Shown here piece by piece: positions 21,801-32,551 of a DNA stretch of 64,000 nt. Position 1 is the first letter of the stretch. Each line of letters opens with the position of its first letter. Origin of the DNA: Nemertoderma westbladi (lineage: Eukaryota > Animalia > Xenacoelomorpha); contig JAUCBJ010009153.1 in the NCBI GenBank assembly GCA_032718475.1, forward strand, positions 1 through 64,000, given 5' to 3'. The position numbers and the translations under genes are program-made. The notes below the pieces were generated by a model. It was given only the letters and a program-made list of their open reading frames with translations. It was not told where the DNA came from and did no database searches.

Positions 21801-22492
21801 TCTCACCCCGGGAGTTTAGGGACGCTGTGGCTGTTCGGTATGGTAGACCCCTCGTAGGTGTCCCTTGCAGATGCGACGGTTGTGGCGCTGGGTTTGATCT
21901 CAACCACGGGTTGAATTGTAAGAAGGGTGGTCTAGTGATTCAGCGTCACAACGAGCTCCGCGACGCAGTCGGTGACCTCGCGGCCCTGGCTTTCGGACCG
22001 CGAAACGTTATGCTCGAGCCAGTGGTCCGCGAGCAGCACGAGGATGGCGACGGGGCTGGTCTGCGATGCGATGTCGGCATTAGGGGAGCGTTCAGTACCC
22101 AGACACAGGCGTTGATTGACATACGTACAATTAACCTTGACGCCGTGTCTTATGCTGGGCGCTCCGTGAGGTCGGTATTGGAGTCAGCGGAAGAGGAGAA
22201 GAAACGCTTATATACAGCCGCAGTTTCCGCCCGCCGAGGTGATTTCTCCCCTTTCGTCGCCTCATGCGACGGCATACTGGCACCGCAGGCCAATAAGCTG
22301 TTGCGAATCATCGCAGACCGCCTACACACCAACTGGGGGAAACCATACAGTTCGGTAATGGGGTGGGTGCGCGCACGCATATCGTTCGCGATAATCCGCG
22401 GCACTTCCCATTGCCTGCGAGGGTCGCGGGTGAGATGGCGAAGCGGTTTGGGGCTTGAGGACGGCGCCGGGATACCAGGGGGCTTTGCTTAG
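18820..22492 (+). pseudogene. CRE-like single ORF (CXC-like Cys cluster, Ala/Thr/Pro repeat, RT, CCHC, RLE), disrupted by one probable frameshift and one in-frame TAG
   Basis: ATG 18820 MGRCCGCNNLTGKCKTCVC...; frame change between 19082 and 19125; RLIALDKCPGVRPIGIGE, DAANAFN, GVTQGDPLAMPF*ASGILP (TAG 20933-20935), WFADD, CDGCG...HGLNC, RHNELRD, RCDV...DIR...EEEKKRLY. Confidence 0.9.
19183..19570 (+). repeat. 30-bp coding minisatellite (TAPPTGAASS, about 13 units)
   Basis: Unit approximately acagcgcccccgacaggcgccgcctcgtct. Confidence 0.96.
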
Positions 22493-22658
22493 AGTGTTTG
22501 ATCGATTATGCGGGGACTGGTATGGTATATTACATAATTATTGCTCATTGTAACTGTGTAATGGAGTTGTTACCATCTGTACTGCAAGCAATATTCTATT
22601 GATCATTTAGTGCGTTTTTGCGATAATTATAATATACATATCGGAAAAAAAAAAAAAA

Positions 22659-23402
22659 AAACAAAGTGCGGCACTCTACCAGTACTACCTAGTAAAACAA
22701 ACAAAGTGCGGCACTCTACCAGTACTACCTAGTAAAACTCAAAGTCCGGCACTCTACCAGTACTACCTAGTAAAACAAACAAAGTGCGGCACTCTACCAG
22801 TACTACCTAGTAAAACAAACAAAGTGCGGCACTCTACCAGTACTACCCAGTAAAACAAACAAAGTGCGGCACTCTACCAGTACTACCTAGTAAAACAAAC
22901 AAAGTGCGGCACTCTACCAGTACTACCTAGTAAAACAAACAAAGTGCGGCACTCTACCGGTACTACCTAGTAAAACAAACAAAGTCCGGCACTCTACCAG
23001 TACTACCTAGTAAAACAAACAAAGTGCGGCACTCTACCAGTACTACCTAGTAAAACTCAAAGTCCGGCACTCTACCAGTACTACCTAGTAAAACAAACAA
23101 AGTGCGGCACTCTACCAGTACCACCTAGTAAAACAAACAAAGTTCGGCACTCTACCAGTACTACCTAGTAAAACAAACAAAGTGCGGCACTCTACCAGTA
23201 CTACCTAGTAAAACAAACAAAGTGCGGCACTCTACCAGTACTACCCAGTAAACCAAACAAAGTGCGGCACTCTACCAGTACTACCTAGTAAAACAAACAA
23301 AGTGTGGCACTCTACCAGTACTACCTAGTAAAACAAATAAAGTGCGGCACTCTACCGGTACTACCTAGTAAAACAAACAAAGTGCGGCACTCTACCAGTA
23401 CT
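22659..23402 (+). repeat. 40/38-bp satellite array (block 4)
   Basis: Same monomer in tandem; ends CTACCAGTACT. Confidence 0.99.
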
Positions 23403-23716
23403 TGTAAAAGCTTCTGTGGGATATAACTGGCCCTTTTGCTTCGCAATCCAGTTTCCCCCCAGGCGCTGGAATACTCTAAAAGGTTCTCTAACTGTATATA
23501 TATTCCCCTCGCCCGCAAGGTACTGTTACAGGTGTTTTAACGGACATAAAAGTCATTCGTCTATATACCTGCTTTGGCGGACATGGTAAGGCAAAAAACC
23601 CGCAATGCACCAAATACCTTTACACGGCTTGGCCTTGATGATTCAGATTGCGACATCTAGCAGCTGGTTGCTGGCATGGAAACAGCCATTGGACGCACGG
23701 TTCTTTGTTTGGTTTG

Positions 23717-23726
23717 AGCCAATCAG
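23717..23726 (+). promoter_or_regulatory. CCAAT box in presumed 5' LTR
   Basis: AGCCAATCAG matches the NF-Y consensus ~310 bp inside the presumed LTR start; an inverted ATTGG lies ~30 bp upstream. Confidence 0.35.
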
Positions 23727-24703
23727 AGCGATTTTTTCTGTCGACGTGTAGATATTCGGCCGATGATACTAGGAGTGTTCAGTCTTACTGTTTTTTGTGA
23801 TAATGTTGTGTTGTTGCTATCTAGGCCAGGAACACCGGCTCTAGAGTCAATTCGTTTCAGACTTTAGAAGAAACATTAGTAGGCTTAAGATTATAGAGTG
23901 TATAACTGTTATCTTGTCACATCTTGTCATATCATATCTTAACCTACCGTCTTAATGCTGTTTACTGTTGTGTTTTGGTTGAATATTATTTGGAGAACAT
24001 ATATAAAGAACCCAAATTTCCCAATTTTTTTGATACACTACAGGTTAGAGAGACGGGTTATATATAGCGATTGCGACTTATATTATTGTGGTTTGTAGTG
24101 AATTTAATGCTATTTGATAAGCCCTTCATGAGTCCGTTGCTGTTCGCTTTATATATGATAAAATTCATTGACGGTCGGCAAATTAGTGAGCAGTATTGTG
24201 TGTTACCGGTAGTGTGCATGATTGTGACTGATAACTAAGCATTTCCTAAAGAATGCGCCTCATACGTGAATCATAAGCCTTACCGACTTACCGTTGTGAT
24301 TAGTATAAGTCATATCTCTGTTTACCTAGATAGAGCGCCACGTCCTAAAGGAACTGTTAATATTTCCCGAAAGTGAATAATATTAGTCAGAAATTATTTA
24401 TTAACGATCAATCGAATAATACAATACAGTAAGCTTACACTGCAATAATAATCTAAGCCCTCAGAATCCAGTCTCCCGGGTATATCCAGCGGGTGAATGG
24501 ACGCGCACTAGGCTGGCTTCTGCTAATGTTGTGTTTATTGGTATTAAATATTTGTCATCTTCTAAAGTCTATTTATAAACCAAAAGACATATAAATTTTG
24601 GCAGGTTAAACTGCTAAAGGTCTTCAAAAGCGCGTACAATAACAGTTATTGACTTTATTGCAGTAAGCAATAAAGTAGAAAGTACCGGTCGACCGGTAAA
24701 CCT

Positions 24704-24830
24704 GAACCGGTACTTCTGTAGGTCAGTAGGCCCAACTGCCAGAACCGGTACTGCTGTAGGTCCGTTGGTCCAACTGCCAGAACCGGTACTTCTGTAGGTC
24801 CGTAGGCCCAACTGTCCTAACCGGTGCTTC
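24704..24830 (+). repeat. 38-bp tandem repeat, ~3.3 copies, in BEL leader
   Basis: gaaccggtacttctgtaggtccgtaggcccaactgcca-like units at 24704, 24742, 24780, 24818. Confidence 0.92.
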
Positions 24831-25003
24831 CAGTATAAGTACATTAGTATTATTCGATTTTGATTATTGTATACTGGTAGGTCTTAGTATTTAATCAGGG
24901 ACGGCCGCCCTGGTTTTTTATTGAGATTTTACTTATTTCTGTCGGTTTTATTTACATGTAAGTTAATATTGAGCTGAAGACGTGTAAGTCTGCTCAGATT
25001 GTT

Positions 25004-25582
25004 CAGATAATTGTAGGCCGGACTGTTGTCGGATTGTTGTTGGGTTTGGAGAGATTACTGCGTGTGTAGAGTTTGTCCGATAGAGTGCCAGTTAGTAAGT
25101 TGGGGCAGCCATAGCTGTAAGGTCAATCCCCTCTTAAAGAATAAGTCGTACTACCGTGTTAGAACGCATACTAACTAACCATTTTGGAATCTGCACATAC
25201 TGTAGTTTATTTAGGCTTGACAGTATTCTGCCAACGTTTTGGCCTGTGTTTGTTTGTGTGGTCTGTTCAGGTACCGTAATAGTTATTACTCAGATATTTT
25301 GTAGGCTGGATTGTTGTCTAGCTATTATTAGGTCTGAAGAGATTGCTGCGTGTGTAGAGTTTGTCCGATAGAGTGCCAGTTAGTAAGTTGGGGCAGCCAT
25401 AGCTGTAAGGTCAATCCCCTCTTAAAGAATAAGTCGTACTACCGTGTTAGAACGCATACTAACTAACCATTTTGGAATCTACACATACTGTAGTTTACTT
25501 AGGCTTGGTGGTAGTCTGCCAGCGTTTGGTTTGTATTTTGTTTGAGTATTCTGTACGGGTAGCGTAATATTTATTATTCAGA
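25004..25582 (+). repeat. ~288-bp tandem duplication in BEL leader with identical ~130-bp core
   Basis: gtttgtccgatagagtgcc... at 25071 and 25359; core identical, flanks diverged. Confidence 0.93.
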
Positions 25583-26521
25583 GTTTATGCGATTATTCGC
25601 AACATTCATGTCCCCAAGTTTATTCCTACAGTAATTGTGTTTGTTACACATACCGTTATAGTTAAATTAACCCCGGTACTACACGGGCTGCTTGGCGTAG
25701 GAAAAGACTGGTGACTTTGTGCTTCGGTCACTCCAGCAGATGCTGTGGTTCTTTTAACTGTTCAAGTATATTTAACTACTGATTATTTGTTGTACCAGTA
25801 CTTGTACCTAATTTAGGGTTTAGTGTACAGTGCTTTCCGAGGTAATTAGTGTGTAGGCAGTATATTTGTGTTGTAAAGTGGTTAATAGGCACGCTGGATC
25901 TGGTAGTCCGCGGTAATTAACTTCTAGGTAGGAACACTCCGTGATACATAACGTAGTACCTATAGCGATACGGTTATAGGTCGTCAGGCGGTGGTATTTT
26001 CCTATCTGGACAACGCAGTGTATTTACTACTACTTATTATTTTCAAATACCGTAGTACCCTGTCCGTTGTAATAACCACAATTCTAACCCTTTGTTAGGC
26101 TGGTTTGTAGACTTCCTGTAAAATTACCCTAAAATTTCGTACGTAATATTTTTGTTGTGTTTAATTAGAGATTTAATCTCACCCGTATCATAAGTAATTT
26201 GTAGTATTAAGTAACTTAGGTAAATTAGAATAATCTGTTTTAGTGTCCCATAAGTAGCACTCCACTGAGGGCTCACAGCTTCTGTGTAGTGACTCTCCCC
26301 AGAAATAATAACATTTATTTCAAATATTGACAAAACCCTTTTAAACGGGTATATATATATTATAAATCAACTCAAACGATTTATAAATAGTAGGCCTGCC
26401 ATACAACAACTAGGTCTCAATATCAGTTGGACTACTGTTTAAATAACGGTAATAAAGTAAGTTAAAAGTAACCAAGTAACCCTAAAATATTCAGAAATTC
26501 AATTAATCTAAAATAATTGAC

Positions 26522-26765
26522 ATACCGGTATTTACCATAGGCTTATTATATTTATTTCTATAAATTTGAGCTGAAATCATACCGGTACTCTGTAATTAAT
26601 TCTAGTCCATAATTATACTTATATATACTATCAGTGTAAGCTGTATACCGGTATTCACGATAGGCCTATTATATATTTATATATTTGTGCTAAATTTATA
26701 TACTGGTACTCTGTGATAAACCTAGTTTACAATACTTATATATACTATAAGTGTATACCAGTATT
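26522..26765 (+). repeat. ~123-bp diverged AT-rich tandem duplication upstream of gag
   Basis: ataccggtatt...ataggc...tattata...ggtactctgt...atacttatatatacta at 26522 and 26645. Confidence 0.8.
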
Positions 26766-26872
26766 CTAATATACTGTAATAAATTACCAGTACTAGGCCA
26801 ACGGTCATACTGAATTACTAGACTTGCTTTAACTGTAACTATAGCAGTAGGCATTCAACCGTAAAGCTAAAC

Positions 26873-28302
26873 ATGTCTGACACTCAGCAAAACCTGTCAG
26901 ACAGTCTAATCGATACAACCATCTGTGACACAGATAGGAGTGTGGAGCGATTAAGAAAGGAGTTCAGCTCACCTCCTACTGAAAGAAAGGTCATCCCTCC
27001 AGTAGTAGTATCAGACCCTAAGCTAATCCAACACCGTAGGTCTATCATCGGCACTCGGGCCCAAGTCAAACGGAACCAGGAAGCAGCTGTCCCACAGCAG
27101 CAACAGCCTAGTCAAGAAACTTGTTCCCAGCGATCCGATAGCTCCAGTAGTTCGGATACTGTCGAGCTGACCCCCGAACGCGGATTGCAGATGGCGGCTA
27201 CAGCCTACTCGGATCCCCTTCTCACCCTTCCTGCCGCAGTGCTAACTACTATATTGATTGCGGTGGAGGAACATCAAGCCGATTGGGCGAGAAGTAAGCG
27301 AGCGACCCAAGATAGTTATGCGGGATACGCCAGGGAAGAATTGATGTCTATTGTCGAGTCACAATGGAACTTTCCCGGACCCGGACTCCCGTTAGATTTG
27401 TCCGAAGCTACTTGGGAAGATATACACAGGATGGGAGTGACTAAAGATACAATGGATCCAGCTGTTTGGAAGAGGTCGGCAGCAGGATATATGCAGGGAT
27501 TCTTCGGCTCCTTGGAGCGATTGGAAGAACAACTGTTTCGACAACCCCAAGGACCTCAAGAGCAGGAAGAACTGCTTTATCAAGTACGCGAAAGAACCCT
27601 ACGTATTAGACTAATCCTATCAGCCTTTGAGGAAACTTCCAAAAGAAGACAGGACACATCGCTGCAGGTTTCTGTTAGACTTGGTTCCAGCGGGTAGGTC
27701 TCAAAGTGCAAGAAACAGACCAGTGGAAATCCCAGCTGTCTGAGAGACTAACTTATGAAGAACCAACCGATGCCACCCTTTCTCAAGTGGAAGGCGAAGA
27801 GACCGCAGAGAGACCACGAACGAGAGACGCCATCGACATTTACCTATCCGACTATCAGCGATTCCTAGGAGACGAAGAGTTGAGGAGACGACTGTCTGGA
27901 CTTTCCCCCAATAGTGAAGGAACCCAGCGTGTGTTAGACTCAATCGATGCTGAAATGTTAGCTGCTAACCAAGCTGAATTTGATGAAAAACTCCGCCTCA
28001 CTAGAGTCCAAGAAGAACAAGTAAAGAAAAGACGGATAGAGGAACAAAGGGCGGCGGCCATGGCAGAAGCAGAAGCGGAAAGAAAGGCAGCGGCGGCAGA
28101 AGCAAAGGCGGAAAAGGCAGTGGCAGAAGCAGAACGGAGAGCGTCTGAGCAGACTACCCAACTGGAGTTGGAAAATCTGCTAGAGACGCAAGACAACATA
28201 AATAAACAGTTAACTGCTAAGTCAAAAGCAGATGATGAGACGATCTACTCCCAAACGCCAGGGATACACATCATCGGAGGAAAGCGAAACCACCGATCCT
28301 GA
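26873..28302 (+). pseudogene. Probable N-terminal gag region of the BEL polyprotein, split by two frameshifts
   Basis: ORFs 26873-27697 and 27679/27706-28302 (Glu/Ala/Arg coiled coil) overlap each other and the main ORF, whose frame is open from 28214. Confidence 0.65.
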
Positions 28303-31300
28303 AGGCGGAGGAAATAGATCTCGTCTAAGCAGGCGTAGAAAAACATCTCACCGTCACAAATTGCCTGATTTGCCCCCAGCTGTTAGAAGACAGCTAGCTA
28401 GCACAGACTTAGGTAGTACGGAACCCACAGACCAAACTATTCAGGTCAAAAGACTCCCTACAATAGTTGATGAGCCTGAAATAATTAGGCCTGTCGTTCC
28501 CAAAGTCACTTCTGTGTTAGAGACACCTGTACTTCCAGAGCTTAACTCTAAATTCCCTTTACATAGTACTACACTGCCTGTACCCGGTAGAACAGTCCAT
28601 GAGAATATTCCTGTCCTGATAGCAGAGAGAGAAATCAAAGATTTGTCTCCCGTCGTCCAGCGTCGGCCCGCTACAATGTTGGCGACTCCCGCTTCGGCGG
28701 TCGAGTGGGTAGAGGAGGGACGGCGGGGGATGAACCTCCTGCTCGGACAGATGCAGGAGACTGTCCACCAACTTAAGGGAACAGTAAGGGAAGGTAGGGC
28801 AGAGTTGCAAGAAGTGCAGCAAAGTATCGCACTGGAACGCGACAAGTTAGTCAATATACAACAAGGCATACCAATACCCCCTGTAACATTGTGTCAACCT
28901 GTTAGGTCTGAAGTATCGCATGCGCAAGGTGTGGAGCCTACACGCATCTATACTGCTAGCGAAGTAGAAACTCCTATAGTGAACCCTATTAAGGGTAATT
29001 ATAGACCTGTTGATAATGATATTCCATATAGAACGGATCATAATCCGAGAAATTTATATACCGATAATTCGATATTAAATAACACTATGGCCCAAGAAAG
29101 CTTTACGCGTCAGATGGCTAGAACAGAAGCCCGCCAAGCGGTCAAAGTGGGAGAGATCGTTAAATTCAATGGAGATGAGATGAAATGGTTACCTTTCAAT
29201 GAATATTACAAAGATAGCATACAGAACTCTGTACTATCTAACGGAGAGAAACTTAGGTTCCTCATCAAGTGCTTGGAAGGACCTCCCAGGTTAATGGCGT
29301 TAAAGTTTATTGGACATCCAGAAGGATTAAGACAAGTTTGGGATACATTAAACATCAGGTATGGTAACAAGGATAACATAGCTAAGTATTTGTATGCAAA
29401 ATTAGTAGCCCCCCGACACTTCCTTAGTAGCGGGATTATAGAGTTTTCCGATGAGATTCAGGAGATCTGTAGACAATTGGACTGGTTAGGTAAGTCTCAT
29501 GAATACCAGAGTTCCATGGTTATTGGAGCAGTAGTCTCTACTTTACCAAAGGGTGGAGTATGTACACGCTGGGACAAGAAAGTGTTGTACATGAATGAAC
29601 AACAACGACGAAGCCCTACCATGGCTGATATCATGTCCTTCTTAGATGGTGAGGTAAAACTACAACTCATCAAGCAGTCCAGAGAGAAAACATCGGAAAA
29701 TAAGGTAAGTGAGAAACCCGCTTCTAGGAGAAGAGTAACACCGGTGTGTTACACTGACGACGGCGAAAGCCAAGCTTCTCAAGAAGAGGACAGCGGGAAA
29801 GACACTGAGAGATCTTACTACGTTGACAAAACCTCAAAAGATGTAAGTAAATACAAGGCTCGAAACAACGATAGGAGAGAACAGGTTGCCAAGACCCCTC
29901 CTCAGTCTCCTAACAGAATGCACCGAAGAAAACCCGAAGAAAGAACGAGAGTGCATCAAGTTACCCAAGGTAAAGTGAGTAACATAAAACCTAACTGTGC
30001 GCTGTGCGACGGGACCCACCGTTTGAGTACATGTGCTGAATTTCTAAAGAAATCCCTTGTAGACAGACGTGCAGTCGTGTGGGACAAGCGGTTATGCTAT
30101 AATTGCCTCAGACCAGGACACCAACGGCGAACCTGTTACTCCGACATAAAGTGTGCAAAGTGTGGCGCGAAACATCACATCTTGTTACACAGTGAGTTCG
30201 AACGAGACAAACAGAGTCAGGTAAGTGAGCCCGAACTACATGTCCAATTCAGTGATGTAAATGACACTGATCAGGAGTCTGAGATGGAAGGATTCTATAC
30301 TGACGAATTCTCCGACGCCAACGAATCCTGTTATCTAATCAATACCGCAGTGTATCGAGCACTTACTTATGAAAAGGACACCAACAATGAGTTTCCCCCA
30401 ACTACTTTTGCCAAACAACCATCTTGGAAAGCTCCAACTTCCAACGTAGGAATCAGAGAATTTCCTGTAGTGCAGGTAAGAGTTCACGGTCCTAACCACA
30501 GTTACATAGTGAACGCACTCCTTGACTCCGGCAGCACAGGAACATTCATCAATCAAGAATTAGCCGAAGATATCTTTGCTGGACAACCCAAATTCCGTAC
30601 TAAATTGAATATGTCAGGAATTATGCAGGTTTGGAAATCTACCCTAACGGCAGATTACTATGTAGGTGTGTTGTCCACCCCCCAGGATAAGTTAGGAGCA
30701 CAAGGTATAAGGTCGGTAAAAATGGTGGCTATAAAGAACTTCGCTACTACTCAAGCAGACCTTTATAATTGGGACGAGGATGAGAGCATCCAACATCTTA
30801 AGATACCTCGATTCCAGACAGATTATCCTGGAGTGCAAATACTCATCGGCCAGAACGCGCATGAGGCGCTCGAGACATTGGAGAAACGGCCTGCTCAACC
30901 GCAGCCACTGCAAACCTATGCGGTAAGAACTAGAGTAGGTTGGTACTTTACTGGCCCTTCCCGCCGAACTCTCGAAGAGAGAATGCCACAAGAACAAATA
31001 TACCAAGTAAACAATGGGGAAGTGGAGAGCAGTGAGGTGGACGAACTAACTGAGGAAACACCATACTCTTCAGATAATGACGACATCTACCAACTCTTCG
31101 ATGAAGAGAACACAATCGACCTACTTACAGAAAACCAAACTTGGAAAAATCAGGTGAACCTATGTCAACTGATTCGCCCATCGGAACCCATCGCTTACAA
31201 TGACGAACTAAACGATGAGATAGAGCGCTACAACGCTAGAACTCGGGACGAACTAGCCGTACGATTCTTTACTCAAGAACTGGTAGAGCCCAATTCATAT

Positions 31301-32551
31301 GATAAGGCCCTATCGATAGAAGAAGAAAGAGCCAAGCAAATCCAGGAAACAACTACACGTTTCTTAAAGGACCAAGGTAGATACGAAATCGGCCTGCCAT
31401 TTCGAAAACGAGAACCTAGATTTATAAATAACAGACCCTTGGCAGAGAAAAGAATCGCTCAATTACATCGACGCCTTACGGCTAATGCTCCAGCTAAAGA
31501 AATGTACCAAACTCAGCTGAAGAAATTCATAACAAAGGGATACGCGGAGCGAGTACCGGAAGGAACACCAGTGACTGAGAGAACGTATTACTTAACACAT
31601 CATTACGTTCCCAAACCCGGTAAACCCCACGAAGTACGAGTCGTATTCGATGGCTCCGCTCTATATATGGGCCAATCCCTCAATTCCGAGTTGTTACCAG
31701 GACCCAACTTACTCCAATCTTTGTTGGGAATACTTTTACGATTAAGACAATATTCCATCGCGTTCGCCTCCGATATAGTAGGAATGTTCTTACAAGTCAA
31801 GGCGCTGGATAGAGATAGAGACAGCCTGAGATTTCTGTGGTGGCCTGAAGGAGACCTCAATCAGAAACCGGTCGAGTACTGGATGACCATCCAGGCTTTT
31901 GGAATCATATCAAGCCCTTCCAACGCCTGCTCCGTGGTGCGAACCACTGCGAATGACAACCGAGACTCCTTCTCAAAAGAAGTGATAGACAACATAAAAC
32001 GTAATATATACATGGACGACAATTTAAGGTCCCTTCCATCAGTCGAAGAAGCCATAGATGTCGCGAAAGGAACGGTAGAGTGTTTGAAAAGAGGTGGATT
32101 TCGACTGACGAAATTCACTAGCAACTCCCGTGAGTTTCTGGAAGCCATACCGGTAGAAGACCGAGGAACGAAAGACCTAGACTTAATAAAGGACGATCTT
32201 CCTGAAACCAAGACGCTAGGCTTGAAGTGGGACACTGAAAGAGACATCCTGTTTTTTCAGTTAAAACAGCGAGATAATCCAGTTCGGACCAAACGGATTT
32301 GTTTAAGTATCCTGAGCACTTATTTCGATCCATTGGGATTTATTAGCCCAGTTATATTGATTGCTCGGAGTTTAGTACAACAAATGTGGCTTGAAAACCA
32401 CTCATGGGACGATCCGCTTAAGGGAGAATTGTTAAAGAAATGGATGAAATGGGAAGATTCTCTACCTGCCATCGAGAACTTTATAATTTCCCGTGCATAT
32501 TTTGGCCATGTTCTTCCTACGTATTCCTATCAACTCCATGTGTTTGGAGAC
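28232..32551 (+). CDS. BEL/Pao gag-protease-RT portion (interrupted at the RNase H start)
   Basis: Gag KFNGDEMKW...EKLRFL; knuckles CALCDGTHRLSTC, CYNCLRPGHQRRTC, CAKCGAKHHILLH; protease ALLDSGS; RT RVVFDGS, DIVGMFLQV, FGIISSP, YMDD; FDPLG; ends HVFGD. Confidence 0.95.

Larger units (their letters stand above)
18658..22658 (+). mobile_element. Probably full-length CRE-clade (RLE-type) non-LTR retrotransposon, family B
   Basis: ~160-bp 5' UTR, long ORF region, 3' UTR, poly(A) from 22645; TSD (AAA)CAAAGTGCG, 9-12 bp, at 18646-18657 and 22659-22670. Confidence 0.93.

Noticed and set aside
27691-28232. Intron (GG|GTAGGT ... CAG|ATG) joining the first gag ORF to the main ORF
   Set aside because: The junction would be out of phase and there is no polypyrimidine tract; frameshifts are simpler.
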